A DNA stretch of 42,169 nt from Enoplolaimus lenunculus (Eukaryota): contig JASANG010003130.1 in NCBI GenBank assembly GCA_030248215.1, positions 496,001 to 538,169 of the forward strand, read 5' to 3'. The translations under genes and the position numbers were made by a program. The stretch's first letter is position 1, and each line of letters begins with the position of its first letter. Of the stretch, positions 22,901 through 37,900 are shown piece by piece. The notes beneath the pieces are model-generated. The model saw only the letters and a program-made list of their open reading frames with translations, ran no database searches and was not told where the DNA came from.

Positions 22901-25900
22901 TAATTCCGGGCGTCATTGCACAACGTGATCATATTAATGTTACACATTCGTGAGCCGAGACTGGCCGGTTTGTTTCGGTATGTGTAACGAAAACTTATCT
23001 TTTTAATTTATTCACATAGTATTTTATTTCAGAAACCTGAAGCATCGAAACTTGCTGCAGTATTTTGGAAAATGTTTTGAACAAAATCCTCACATTATTA
23101 TATTTGAATACTGCTCAACGGTAAGTTAACCACAGAAGTTAGAGTTCGAATTTTTTCAAAAAAAAAACTAAAGATAAGTATAATGTCATCACGAATTGCT
23201 CGCGTTTCTGATTGAAGTTAATTAGAACTTGATTTAAAAACACAGCAAATATTTCGCGAATTGCTGTTCAGCGTTTTACATTTAAATTACTTTTTTACAA
23301 TCGGACTTTAATTGAAATTTCAAAGATTTAGCATCAGAGATTATGACAATCGTACCAGTGAAAATCGTTCTAGTTTTTAGCGATATTTGAGAATTGCAAA
23401 TTCCTGCATCCATAAATGTATGTGCCACTTTGCGTATACGTTTGTGCTCCTAAACAGTGCAAAATATTTGACGCCGGTGGGGTAAAAATATAGGAACGTT
23501 CTCCGATGTTTACCCAGTTATGTATCCGCTAGCAAATGAATATTGTACAATCTTGTTTTTAAGCTGAACATTTTCCAACTCATGGTATAAAGGATAATTA
23601 CAGAATAAAAACCGACCAGAAGGGATTTTGTCTAAGCTTCAGCAGTAATTTTATAAATCCTATCATTTAGGGAGATTTAAAATCATATTTGCTCAATAGC
23701 CGTGCACGTTCTGAACACCTTATCAATACTGGGGTGCTAACTCGAATGTGCACTGATGTTTCTGATGGGATGGAATACATGCATCAAAATGGTTTCGTTC
23801 ACAAGTACATATATATTATTTTTAAACCACAAGCTTATGCCGGGTCTTTCCTACTGGCGCTATCTGCTCGAACTTAATTGCTTTGCCGCGACGGATCAAA
23901 CCATTTAAAATTTAGCTACAAGTAATGTGATTTTGCAAAATTTCAATCTGTTTCAATAATTAACAACAGTACCTTCGAACCGACAGATTTACTGCTTCTT
24001 TTCAAACGCTTGTAGTATCGAAATTCGCATAACTGGAGTTCTGTTACTAGAAATACTTCGTGTTTTCAAATGCCAATAAAAATTATCGCCTCGGATGCAA
24101 TTACCCGCTGGTAATCTCAGGAAAATGTGTCAGGAAAAATGCGTGCAGGAAAACAAATTTCTGCCCAAGTCTAATTATAGAACGTTAGCGGTAGCTTTTC
24201 ATTCAAGCATGTAGGGTGTTTAAAATACTTTGGACACTGTAAAAAAATTTTGCGCTAGAAAACTTATGTAATATTTTAAACGTTTTGATTTCGTTGAATG
24301 TAATTGCAAAACACCGGTAAAACTTCAGCATTAATAACATTAAGCGTCTAACTGTACCACTAGGGTTAATAATATCGAAGTTGGTCTACTATTAATATTG
24401 TTTACAGCGATTTCGCGTGTCGTAACTGCTTAGTCTCAAGCGATGGTACGGTGAAAATTGGCGATTACGGACTTTCTTTGGAGAAATATAAAGTAATTGC
24501 AAATGTTGCATAGTTGCACGTGTACTGACTGCAGTATTTGTGCAAAGTTTTAACCATTACAATTGGTATTACAGTATCATTTTCAAACGTTGCTCACGAA
24601 ACTTCTACAACTATGCGCCGTACCCTCTGAAATTTATTTCCAGGATGACTACGCGGAAATCAGCGACTCGCTGATCCCTGTTCGATGGTGGGCACCGGAT
24701 TCCTTTGAAGTTACCGCAGACGACAAGCTTGTGTGTAAGCCAATAACGAAGGTTGCAAACGTGTGGTTAGTCTTTTAATTGCTATTTTAACATGAAAAGG
24801 GCCGTGTACTATGGTTACGTCGAAAAACTCTAATATAACGTACCTGACACCTCCAAGTTTACGCCTAAGCAAAAAAATAAGTAGTCCGTAAGCTTTTTAA
24901 TTTTAAACCGTTTTAAAATTGGATAATTCAATGAATATTTGGAATCACTTCTCTTCTGTGCACAGCAAAATATATGTATTGCATTTGACTTGTTTTTTTC
25001 GTGTGACGGAGCCTACTATCCAAGTTTTGCCAAACAAACAACGATCAATACAGAAAATATTGTATTAAGATTTGGTGCTAAAATTGCGTTCAGATTCTCT
25101 ATCGTTTTGCTGATGAGCTAAATCGCCCTGCTACTAGCGTGACAAAATTCGACTGGATGGATTAAATGAAATATTGTGAATTAATTTTTAGGAGTTTGGG
25201 CGTCGTTTTGTGGGAAATTGTTGAGTTTGGCAAAACACCATATATGGATATGAATACGTTGAATGTAATTGAACGCGTTGTCCGAACCAGTTCAGTTAAA
25301 CTGCAGAAGCCTTTAACGCCAGTTGCGCATCGAAACCGATTGTAAGTGCTGAAATAAATATTCAGTTTAGTACACAGTACTTGTCGCTGTAGTGTACAGT
25401 ATCCTACATCATATAACCTGTTAAGTTCTGCTCGGGCTCCATGTAAGCGCGTAGCCAATAGGGTTTCAGATATCAACTCCTCTAGCTTTTCGTATTTTTG
25501 TTCAGAGGTTTGCGCATATTTTCAGTTGGTCATGCAAGAAACCCATATCCCCCCATTTGAAATTTTCATAGAACATAACACCCCCTTTCTAAAACCCTGG
25601 CTACGCCCATGTCTCAATACACGATTGAGCTAAAAAAGTTACCTGGTGTCTGCAATATTGTGCATTTCCTTTAAGTGTCATATCTTTGTTGGGCGTAAGA
25701 ACTTAAGTTTTTCTAACTTTGGCAACCAAAATCGTTTTAGATACGAAGTGATGCTGCACTGCTGGCGAGATGTTAGCACACGACCGATTGCAAATGATGT
25801 TTGTAAAATGTTGTCAATGCTTTATTCGAATATTGACGAACCGAACGCAGCACGAGCGGATAGCGCAAATTTTGACAGAAAATGGCGTGAATTAGAGCAA

Positions 25901-28900
25901 CAAATGCTAGTTGATCGAACATCAAAGCAGGTGAAAAAAGATTTATGTTACTATTCATGCGAAGCCAATGTTGAGTAAAATCATGCGCAAATTACAAAAA
26001 TACGACACATCGCAAAATTTTCTTTTTCAAACGAATTGGTGCAATGGTACGAAAGTAACATTGTACTAAGATATATCAATATGCAGGCCTATAGATGGGT
26101 ATGTGGGCACTTGGGGATCCGCTTATCTACCTCCCCATGGGGCAGGTCGGCAGCATGCGGAGCAGCCGATCTGTTGCCCCTTGAGAAAGGCCATCACGCA
26201 TAGGACAAAAATGAGTAGAATTCTGATGATTTCGAGTTTTTTCCAACCATGTCTTCAAATTAACGGTAAATTAGATCATTTTTGCACCAGATCAATGTTC
26301 TAAAATTTTCGTCGTTTCTCGAATTATTCTGGTTCATCGCTTGCTATTTCAGTTCAAAACTGCACTAAGTACAGAGACAAATTGCGAATAAATTGTGGGT
26401 TGCAAAAATTTAACGAGAAATATGTGCTGATGTATCATAATTTACAAGTGGGTCTATAACTTTATGCAAAGAGCGCAAAATATTTCTATACGGTTGATCT
26501 GAAACATCACTCCATTAAAATTTTAGTAGGTTTCAAACGCAACGTAATTTGCGTGCAATACTTTATCCATGGCTTACAATTGTACATGTTGTATTATCTG
26601 TGATTTGGTTCGCTATCGCTACTGAGTCAAAGATAAAATATGATGTTACCGCAGCAGGCCCGTAGTCAGCGCAGCATGCTAGTAGGGCCCCGAAATATAT
26701 TTAGGATGACATTCGGGGAGTTTTATTTTAATGCAAGCTGGCCTAAAATTTTTCTAGGGGGCAAAGTTTTTTCCGGGGAGGGGGGCCGGAGGGCTATTTT
26801 TGGCTATGGGTCCCAAATGTAATTTAAAATACCTGTAACGTGACCCGCATCGAAACGCTAAAATATACTGGAATGGCCGACAGCTGTCAACGGCCAGTGT
26901 TCACCCTGGTCAATTTTCCACCACTCATAAAGATGCACCTTACAATGTATATGTAATTTCAGCCTAAAGTAACCGAAGCCCAGTACCACTTGATCCAGGA
27001 CAGTTTTCACCCTGGTCAATTTTCCACTACTCAGAAAGATTAGCCGGCCAATGGTTCCCCCCGAATCCAGGTTGCACATTACAATGTATATGTAATTTCA
27101 GCCTAAAGTAACCGGAAGCCCAGTACCACCGGATCCAACTTGGGCTGAATCAAGGCACACAATAACGTCAACAGCACATGTAATTGTATCACAACCTGTC
27201 GACAATTCGACGCCACCACGACTTTCAGATCAGCCAGAACCGTCTTCTATTCTATATAATAGCACAGTGACACTTGAAATTCCAGCAGAAATTCAAACCG
27301 TTGAACAAATCGCAACACCTCAGGTGCATTTGCGATCTGAAGCCACGGTACGGGCTGATATATTAATTAAAAACTTTAATTACACTTATTTAAAAAACCA
27401 AAGCTAAGTACTGTAACGCGAAACAAATTTCGCTACTCAGCGTCATCCGTTAGGTATATGCCTGATACCGAAGGTCGATGACGAATTTTGGCCATAGACG
27501 TTAAAAATAAACCTGATATTTGATCAAATCATAGTTAGCCGAAGACAATAAAACTAAACTCCAAAACTTTTTTGCTGTTGGATTTTGTTCAAGTGAAGAT
27601 GAAAACTGATACGGAAATTGTACTCGCAGGAGGGAAATATATACCTATCTCCGAACTTCCTGCAATAACAAGAAAAACGGCAGTTTCACGGGCTTTACAA
27701 TAAACTAATATCTATAAACATTATAGATCACGTATTAAGACAACCGTTTTAAATTAGAGTTATATTCTTCAAAAATGCAATGTTGACTATACCTCTGGAT
27801 CGCAGCCTACTAAAAGTATTATTGCTTCACGGCAACATTGTAATGTACCTTTTACAAGCATAGGTTTACCATTGGTATTATTTTATTTCACTTGCAAATT
27901 GTCAATATGTATCTTTTGTTTTTAGAATTCCGACAAAGAACGCGAATCGAAACGCTCATTTATAGCGTCGCTAACTGATGAAAATCTGTCAACGTTATCT
28001 CCACAAGAGCTCGTCCAATTCTACGAATACTTGACCATTGAAGAAATTCAAATTCTAGAACGACGACATTCTGCCATTCTGACTGAAGGGGCAGCTGTCG
28101 TTCAACAGGTGCCCCCTCAAAGTCTTGCAGAGGAACAAAAAGTAATAAAACCAAATATGGCATTGGCTATATATCTATGCCATCGTAGCTTTATATCGAA
28201 CTAATTAGTTTGGAATATATTTATACTGATTTTGAAAAAGGTATAACATCGCATAGACATTGTTCAAGTAGATAAATTGGCATTTTGTTTCAATTCTTAA
28301 ATGTCGGTCAAATTTTCACCGAAGATTTTACCTTTTCTCCGCATAACCAACGTGGTCCTTTTGCACCAATCAACGCGCGACAAGTTTTGCACTGTACAGT
28401 ATTGAGTATGAGACATTAGAATGGTATAAATGCGCATATTAATTTATTTCAGAACGTAAAAGACATGGAAGACAGGGTAAAGTTTGCGAATCTCAACAAC
28501 GAACAGCTTGTCAGTTTAACTGCACAAGATCTTGACAGAGCCGCTGAAGTGTTAGAACCAGCGGAACTAGAAAAGTTGACTAATCATATTGAATCAGCGC
28601 AAGTAAGCAAAATTAATCGAATTTAAAATAAGTTCTGTACAGCTTTTATTATCTGCTGATTAGTAAATATATATGTATATAATTGAACTACAGGTTGCAA
28701 CCGAATATGTGGTTCAGGACAAACATCTGCGACAAGGCGCCATTCAACTCCGGTTTCGAAAATTTCGTATAAATCAACCTCTAACGGTGCCTAATTTACG
28801 ATGAACGGAATATTTATATTTCACAACAAATCTAGACTTTATTGTGAATTTCGATGTCAGTCTATTTTTGCATTACAAAGATAAAGATACTACCTCAAAA

Positions 28901-31900
28901 TCAATAATTGATGATCGAATTTATCAAAAAATTAGTATAGTTTTAGTAGGTTTAATTTTTTTCAATGTATTGGAGACAAAACTAGCCTTGTGGACACAAA
29001 GAAATTGCCTATAATGGGTTGACATTCGTTTCCGGGTCCTGTCGAACTATCAAACCAATACATTATTTGTCAGGGGCGTATACAGTTACAGGATAGGGTG
29101 ATATACCACCAAAAATTCAGCAAAATGCATGAATAAAGTACGTTTACAAGCTGTAAAATAACCTGAATAGGTCTAAAGAACTTCTCGCTGGTTACGCTGA
29201 CTCGCACAAATGTATTCTGACAACGCCTCTGATATTCACATGTGTACGTAACGACTGTTTCGATACATTGCAGCATTAAGCAACAGGATAGGTTAATAGA
29301 GTTACGTCACAGCTACGCAATCAACTAATAGACTGCGATTATAGGTAAAATCACAATGATTAAGTCATGTCTCTGTAACCCAGTCGTTTTGAGGAGCTAT
29401 CGCAACATTTACATTGTAAACAGAGTATTAATACTTCAGAACGAGCTGCATCGTCAAACAGAGTTGGCTCGAGATTTGCTCGCAATGTCAAATGCAGAGT
29501 TATTTACAGTTCCGGCGGAACGTAAACATGCGGCATTGACAGTATATTTGGATTCAGATGAACGAAAAGTGTTAGCAGAAAAGCTTTCATCAATTGACAA
29601 CCAACGCCGCTATATACTCGGTAAGTCAACATTGAGGCTGATTCGTATAATAACTAATCCTATATACGTGGACGATTTTGTGGAACTCATTAAGTCCAGT
29701 TACAAATTTTTCCAATACAATATTGAACATAACTCGGATGAACACAAATCTTTGACAAATACCGACATCGCCTCAACATTGCTATATGCTGAATGTTAAA
29801 CGTTCAAATATAGTATCAGTTTCACATGACATTTTTATCATCACTGTGCAAGTAACATGCATTTACTGCCACATAGTCAGACACTACAGCTTCCATTCTA
29901 AATTTTTTAGGCCTTACATCAGAACAACTGAACGAACTGGATGATCAAACTTTCGACAACTATTTAGTCGTTTTAACGCATGAAGAAGCCGACACATGTA
30001 TCAACAATCGCCAATCAGCCAAACAAACACAAGCTGTTAAACAACAATGGATATTGTGTCTAGAATATTATGACCTATACGAAGTAAGCGTTGTGATTTT
30101 AATGTCTTTGGCTAGGATCAATACCACCAACTTTAAAGGTGGCGCTATACTTTATTTTGATAACATTTGTTGCCGTTCGGCGTCGTCCGGAGCCTTCAAC
30201 ATCGTCTGGCTGTGTTTGCGGGCTCCATGCCACAATTTATGGCCCGGCTCTAAAAATGTGCTTATGCTCAAAAGTACGATTCATCTACAAAAAATAAAGT
30301 TCAAAATCTTGGCCAATGTACACAACTGGGCTGTAACTGTAAGTATAAGCATATTCCTAAACCCAAGCGTAAGAAAGAGCTTACAACAAAGCCTAAGCGT
30401 CCCAAAAATACGGTCCAGCGTAGGAGAGCAGCTAATACGTTTAAATGAGCTAATGAAATGAAAATGACTAAATAATGTGACCTCACAGGATCTATGATTA
30501 TTGTAGCACAATATTTAACGATGCGGCCTGAAATATTAATTTTAGCGTTCGTGACTCTAATTTAATAAATTTCGCCAAATCAGAAATGATCCAACGGCTT
30601 CCATATGATAATAACATGGGCTTCATGATAGAAAAAACGAATTCTGTATATAACACATGGACTATAGCACAAGACATAAAATACAACTTTTACGTTCAGC
30701 GTCATCGCACAAACAGAAGTAAAAATACTTGAAACGGTATCGGAGCCAGAAAGTGAAAATAATTACTTGACTTTCTTCCGAACGCGGAACTGGATAGTGA
30801 AAAACAACTATTACCAAAAAATGATCTTTAATAAAGTTTCATTAAAAACATTAACAATTTATACGGTCTTTTTCAGAATTTTGGCATTAAATTTTCTAAC
30901 ACGAACCGCTTTGCTGCTTCATTTAGCGTTTTAAATGGATATTTTAGAAAATCCCGTGAAATTCTAAGTTTCTGAAGTCGTCGCTCTCTTGTTAACTGAT
31001 TTGAAAAATTCAACAAGGAATTCACAACCGGAACCGGAGTTCCGCATGCGCTCGGTGCAGTGTGGATGTCGTGATTTTAACTCATGCATTGTTTTCATTA
31101 TTTAAGGCTTCATTACAAAGCGAGTGGAACGCCAACTTGCAACGGCTGTCTCAAGACGATCAAACCATGATTATATCCAAACTGAATAAAGTTATTGAAA
31201 TTCGAGCGAAACTGTTGTCAGCTGAACAACTGACTGTTGATGTCAACCCGGAACTCTACTTAAACCCAACAGAACTTGCCGAATTTACCCAAAAACGACA
31301 CCAACTACAAGCAAACCGTGAATCAAAGAGACGTGAAATTCTTTCTGCGACCGGTTATCGCTTGTGGCATCTGTTCGAAAGCAGGTGGGTTAGCGAATTT
31401 AAAAGTTTGCTGTCATCCGCTGAAGCGCTTGAAATTGAACGCGAAGTTGAAACAGTTTCAAGAAACAGAAACAAATATTTGCAATTTTTTGTTGATTCGC
31501 CACCTGAAAATATGCAATTTCCAATCGAAACCGATTTTGAAACTGCAAACGAGGTTTTGACTTCAGATGAATATGAAATGTTTATCGTTGAGACACAACA
31601 AGCCAAGCAACAATTGCAAAATTATTTAGCAAACTTGAACGATTATGAATTATTTGTAATATTATGCGCTAATCAGAGAATGGACGTGGTGAAAAAAATA
31701 TTGTGCGATTCAGAATATACAACAGCTCTAAGTGAACGACTAGCTGAAATACAAGAGAAACGAGCAAAAGTGCTTCCTGAAATTCCAACTGGCCAAGATG
31801 ATAATGTAATTGATTACTTGAAATCAGTTGGAGACAATACAATTTATCAATTTAAGGTTGTTCTGAGTGATTCAGAGTTTCAACAGATTCTGCAGCAACG

Positions 31901-34900
31901 CGAACAACTTCGAAATCCAGCTATTCTGGGCAGGAAAAACGCCGAAGTTGACACTGAAAATGCTTCACACAAAGCAGATGATGACGTTAAGCCTGGACTG
32001 CGCGATCTGGTAACGCTATTGAACCGAACCGACGTCACTGCGGAAACAACCGATAACGGCGCAACTCCAAATACAACTCTAGAACAACAACACTTCGAAC
32101 AGGTTAAAGATGACGCAAATTTAAGCAGTGAAGGTGAAGAAAAAGTTCCGATGCGGCAACATAGCAGCGAATTAAGTCCAGCAACTGAAGGAAAACTTTT
32201 TCGTGAAACGTGGACCTACGAATCAAGCGGCGATGAGTTACACACTACTGGAAGCGAACGCACACCAGTAAGCACCGACGACGAGAAATCGGACAAACGC
32301 AGCGAAATTTTATCAGCGCAAGGGCTGACACTGTACCATTTGTATACAGATAAATGGGATGATTATTTCCCATATTTAAGCGTTGAAGAACGTGCTGGCG
32401 TTGTGCAATGGGTAAACGAAATTCAAGACGCCAGGGCGCGGTTTCTAAACCTGGACGATGACGCACTTGCACGCGTTTCGTACGAACAAATCACAGCTGC
32501 TGAAAAGTATTTTGAAACCGCTGAATACGCTAATCTTATTGGACGATGGCAAACAGTGCAAACAGTCAATCAACAAACAAGGGACAGACTTCTGAACACA
32601 ACAGGTTACGAACTGTTAAAGATGGTTAAAAATAATGGAGGGAATTCCATTAGTAGTAGCCAAGAGTACATTTTTGACGAATACAGCCATATTTTGAGCG
32701 ATTCTGATAAACAAATAATTCGTGATAATGTTGCAGAAGTCGAGAAGAAACGAGAAATGTTGTTGAATATGACATCGTCACAGCTTGCAATACTGAGCAT
32801 GGATGAGTGGTATGAGGTAGGTAACGTTTTGCATCCAGATGAGCTGACCACACTGCAAAAGCTTCGCGAAGATGGCTTGAATATGCGAAACAAAATGTTA
32901 GCTATCAGTAACGAAGATCTTGTTCAAATGGATACCGTTACATTGGAGCATAACTTGAAATTCTTGCCTGAAAGCACAGCTCTTGAAATTTTACAACGGC
33001 ATCATGAACTCAGAAGTACAGCAGTAGTTGAAAAACAAACGAGTGAAATCATCAATGGCCAAGAACAAATCACATCTACCAATCCGTTCCTACATTCACC
33101 CAAAATTACTCCGCTGACGGATACTCACGATAATACATCTGTTAATAATTACTCGCAATGGAATCCCTTTTCCTCAGATTATAGTACTGGAGAAGTAGAA
33201 GACAAACAACAGGTTAACCTCGCGTTAAGATATACGGGTGACCAGATGGATGATGCTTTCAAACTTTGGCATGAAACAGGATCTGATAATACTTTAACCA
33301 GCAGGGACATCTCAAGGAACACATTCGATCCATGGAAGCCTGTTTTAGTTGAAACACAACAAACAGACACTATTGAACCGAAAGTTTCGAGTGGAACATT
33401 AAATACACCTGAACAAAAAGTTGCAGTTTCGGAAGATTACGAAAATGCTTATAAGGATCAACCTAATACTATGTTAGCCAGTGATTCAATGACTTTTGAA
33501 TTAACCGAACAACATGACAAAATTTTATTGGAAAGTGAAAACCTATTTTCTAAGTGTTATAAACTCGAGAAGCCAACAGTTTCCAATCGCGATGAAACAC
33601 ATGATTTGGAAACATCAAGTCTAATTGAAGCAGCTGAACCTACAATAAAAGGTGATATCCATGAATCTAATGTTTCCGTTTGCGACGAAGCGTATCATGT
33701 TAAACAATCAGGTTCAATTGACGAAGTTCTTGTCAGCTGTACACGAGAACACGAAGTTAAGTCCAACAACACTATGCAAGCTCCACTGCTGACGTACGAA
33801 CAAAATTTGTTTCTAACTTCAAGCGACCCGGCCAATTTTAACGAATTCCAGAAGCCAACCGTTCCTGGTTCAGAAAAAATTTATCAATTTGAAAAATCGA
33901 CTATAATTGACGAAGCTGCTAATTTTGAGGAGCTCAATGAACCATCTGTTTCAATTTGTGACCAAACATATCATATGGAACAATCGACGCAAGCAAACGT
34001 TGATACTTCGGGCATATCATACGATCTAGAAAAGGTGAAATGCCGCAACTTACAAGAAACGCAAAATGTTGCAACGGCACGGGAATCAAGCAAAAAACAC
34101 AATATAAAACTGTTTGGTGCGCAGAACGACGCTGCCAATTTTGATGAGTTCGCAGAACCAGCTGTTTCAGTGTCCGGTCAAACATATCATTTGGAAGAAT
34201 CAACTCCAATTGGCGGAATTAATCGTTCACAAGAAAGACTATTTGAAAGCAAGGACAACGTCAATCATGAACACGTAAGAGTTCCTGTTAGCTATGCATA
34301 TGAACACGACGAACACCGCGCACCTGAAAGCCAGCCGACGTTGTTGAATCAAGCCCATGAGTCTGATATGTCAACCAGCGACGCAGCAACATCTTCAACA
34401 ACCAAAAAACAAGAGACAAATGTGTTTGGTACCCAAGCCAACGCTGCCAATTTTGATGTGTTCGCGGAACCAGCTGTTTTAGTTTGCGATCAAACATATC
34501 ATGTGGAAAAATCAACTCCAATTGAAGAAATTAATCGTTCACAAGAAAAACTTTTTGAAAGCAAGCACGGTGTCCATCACGAACACGTAGAAGTTCCTGT
34601 TAGCTTTGCATATAAACACGAAGAATTTAGCGGACCTGAAAGCGAAACTATATTCAAGAACGACACGATAGTGGTTCCACCCGAGAAATTTGAGCAAAAT
34701 TTATTTGCAACTCAAAACGACGTTGTGAATTTTGATGAATTTGAGGAGCCAACCATTTTTCTTTGTGGTGAAACGTATCACTTGGAAGAATCATCTCCAA
34801 TTGACGAATTAAATAGTTCAAAACAACATACCAATAACAAAGACGCAGAAAATCGAGAACGCACAGCAGTCTCTGAAAGCTATGCACCTGAAAGCGAAAT

Positions 34901-37900
34901 TATGTCCACCAACGATACGATAATGGTTTCATTTGATAAATCAGAGAAAAATTTACTTGCGGGTCATACTAGTTTTGTCGATTTTGACGAGTTCGATCAT
35001 CCAGTAGCTTTAGTGTGTCATGAAACACGTCATTCGGAAAACACCATTCCAATTGCCAAAACAGAATTACATCGTACGCAAGAAGAAATTACAACAGAAA
35101 ATACAACTGAGTTGTTCGAACAAGCCGAACCACTATTTAGTGACAAAAAAGAAAATATTAAACCAATCAACGACTCAATTACGTTTTTGTCATTTGAAAA
35201 ACATCAAGAAAATGAGCTAACAAATGAACCTACCATAAAAGATATCCCGAAAACAGGAACTGCAAATAACTTTCCAGCAAACTTTGACGAGTTTGAAGAG
35301 CCAGCAGTTCCTGTATTTGAAGAAATTTCCCATTCAGATGCGTCAACGTTTGTTGGCGAAATGTATTCCAGTGATCAGGATCAAAAGGCAAACATTAATT
35401 ATGTTGCTGTTAGCCAAACGCTGGAATATAATGATCCGTCGCATCTAGAAGCTGAGGTGCAAATAAACGTTGATAGTTACGGCGAACTGGATGCATATTT
35501 TGGCAGCAGCACAATTGAGCCAGGCGTTGAAGTCGTCGATCAAACCCCGTATACTAATGCAGCTACTGCATCACTTCCTCGCTTAGAATCCACTCAATCA
35601 CCTAAACCTAAATCATTTCAAGATCAGGAAATCTGGCCAACTTCGTTGAGCCAAGCCCAGGAGTCCGATATGTCAACCAACGGAGCAGCAACATCTTCAA
35701 CAACCGAGAAACACGAGATAAATCTGTTTGTTACCGAGGCGGACGTTGCCAATTTTGATGAGTTCGCGGAACCAGCTGTTTTAGTTTGCGATCAAACATA
35801 TCATGTGGAAAAATCAACTCCAATTGAAGAAATTAATCGTTCACAAGAAAAACTTTTTGAAAGCGAGGACGGTGTCCATCACGAACACGGAGAAGATCCT
35901 GTTAGTTTTGCATATAAACACGAAGAATTCAGTGGACCTGAAAGCGAAACTATATTCAAGAACGACACGATAGTGGTTCCACCCGAGAAATTTGAGCAAA
36001 ATTTATTTGCAACTCAAAACGACGTTGCGAATTTTGATGAATTTGAGGAGCCAACCATTTCTGTTTGTGATGAAACGGATCACTTGGAAGAATCATCTCC
36101 AATTGACGAAATAAATAGTTCAAAACAACATACCAATAACAAAGACGCAGAAAATCGAGAACGCACAGCAGTCTCTGAAAGCTATGCACCTGAACGCGAA
36201 ATTATGTCCGCCAACGATACGATAATGGTTTCATTTGATAAATCAGAGAAAAATTTACTTGCGGGTCATACTGATTTTGTCGATTTTGACGAGTTCGATC
36301 ATCCAGTAGCTTCAGTGTGTCATGAAACACGTCATTCGGAAACGACCATTCCAATTGCCAAAACAGAATTACATCGTACGCAAGAAGAAATTAAAACAGA
36401 AAATACAACTGAGTTGTTCGAACAGTATACTAATGCCGCTACTGCATCACTTCCTCGCTTAGAATCCACTCAATCTCCTAAACCTAAATCATTTCAAGAT
36501 CAGGAAATCTGGCCAACTTCGTTGAGACAAGCCCAGGAGTCCGATATGTCAACCAACGGAGCAGCAACATCTTCAACAACCGAGAAACACGAGATAAATC
36601 TGTTTGTTACCGAGGCGGACGTTGCCAATTTTGATGAGTTCGCGGAACCAGCTGTTTTAGTTTGCGATCAAACATATCATGTGGAAAAATCAACTCCAAT
36701 TGAAGAAAATAATCGTTCACAAGAAAAACTTTTTGAAAGCAAGGACGGTGTCCATCACGAACACGTAGAAGATCCTGTTAGCTTTACATATAAACACGAA
36801 GAATTCAGTGGACCTGAAAGCGAAACTATATTCAAGAACGACACGATAGTGGTTCCACCCGAGAAATTTGAGCAAAATTTATTTGCAACTCAAAACGACG
36901 TTGCGAATTTTGATGAATTTGAGGAGCCAACCATTTCTGTTTGTGATGAAACGTATCACTTGGAAGAATCATCTCCAATTGACGAATTAAATAGTTCAAA
37001 ACAACATACCAATAACAAAGACGCAGAAAATCGAGAACGCACAGCAGTCTCTGAAAGCTATGCACCTGAAAGCGAAATTATGTCCGCCAACGATACGATA
37101 ATGGTTTCATTTGATAAATCAGAGAAAAATTTACTTGCGGGTCATACTGATTTTGTCGATTTTGACGAGTTCGATCATCCGGTAGCTTTAGTGTGTCATG
37201 AAACACGTCATTCGGAAAAGACCATTCCAATTGCCAAAACAGAATTACATCGTACGCAAGAAGAAATTAAAACAGAAAATACAACTGAGTTGTTCGAACA
37301 AGCCGAACCACCATTTAGTGACAAAAAAGATAATATTAAACCAATCAACGACTCAATTACGTTTTTATCATTTAAAAAACATCAAGAAAATGAGCTAACA
37401 AATGAACCTACCATAAAAGATATCCCGAAAACAGGAACTGCAAATAACTTTCCAGCAAACTTTGACGAGTTTGAAGAGCCAGCAGTTCCTGTATTTGAAG
37501 GAATTTACCATTCAGATGCATCAACGTTTGTTGGCGAAATTTATTGCAGTGATCAGGATCAAAACGCAAACATTAATTTTGTTGCTGCTAGCCAAACGAT
37601 GGAATATAATGATCCGTCGCATCTAGAAGCTGAGGTGAAAATAAACGTTGATAGTTACGGCGAACTGGATGCACATTTTGGCAGCACATTTGAGCCAGGC
37701 GTTGAAGTCGTCGATCAAACCCCGTATACTAATGCAGCTACTGCATCAGTTCCACGCTTAGAAACCACTCAATCACCTAAACCTGAATCATTTCAAGATC
37801 AGGAAATCTGGTCAACTTCGTTGAGCCAAGCCCAGGAGTCCGATATGTCAACCAACGGAGCAGCAACATCTTCAACAACCGAGAAATACGAGATAAATCT

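Noticed and set aside
25105..25150. CTGATGA-GCTA...TAGC as a hammerhead ribozyme core
   Set aside because: The required GAAA after stem II reads GTGA, and no convincing stems I/III are present.
29356..30686. Overlapping ORFs of 60-147 aa as independent genes
   Set aside because: The 147-aa and 135-aa ORFs are kinase-gene exons read through into introns. The others are unsupported intronic frames.
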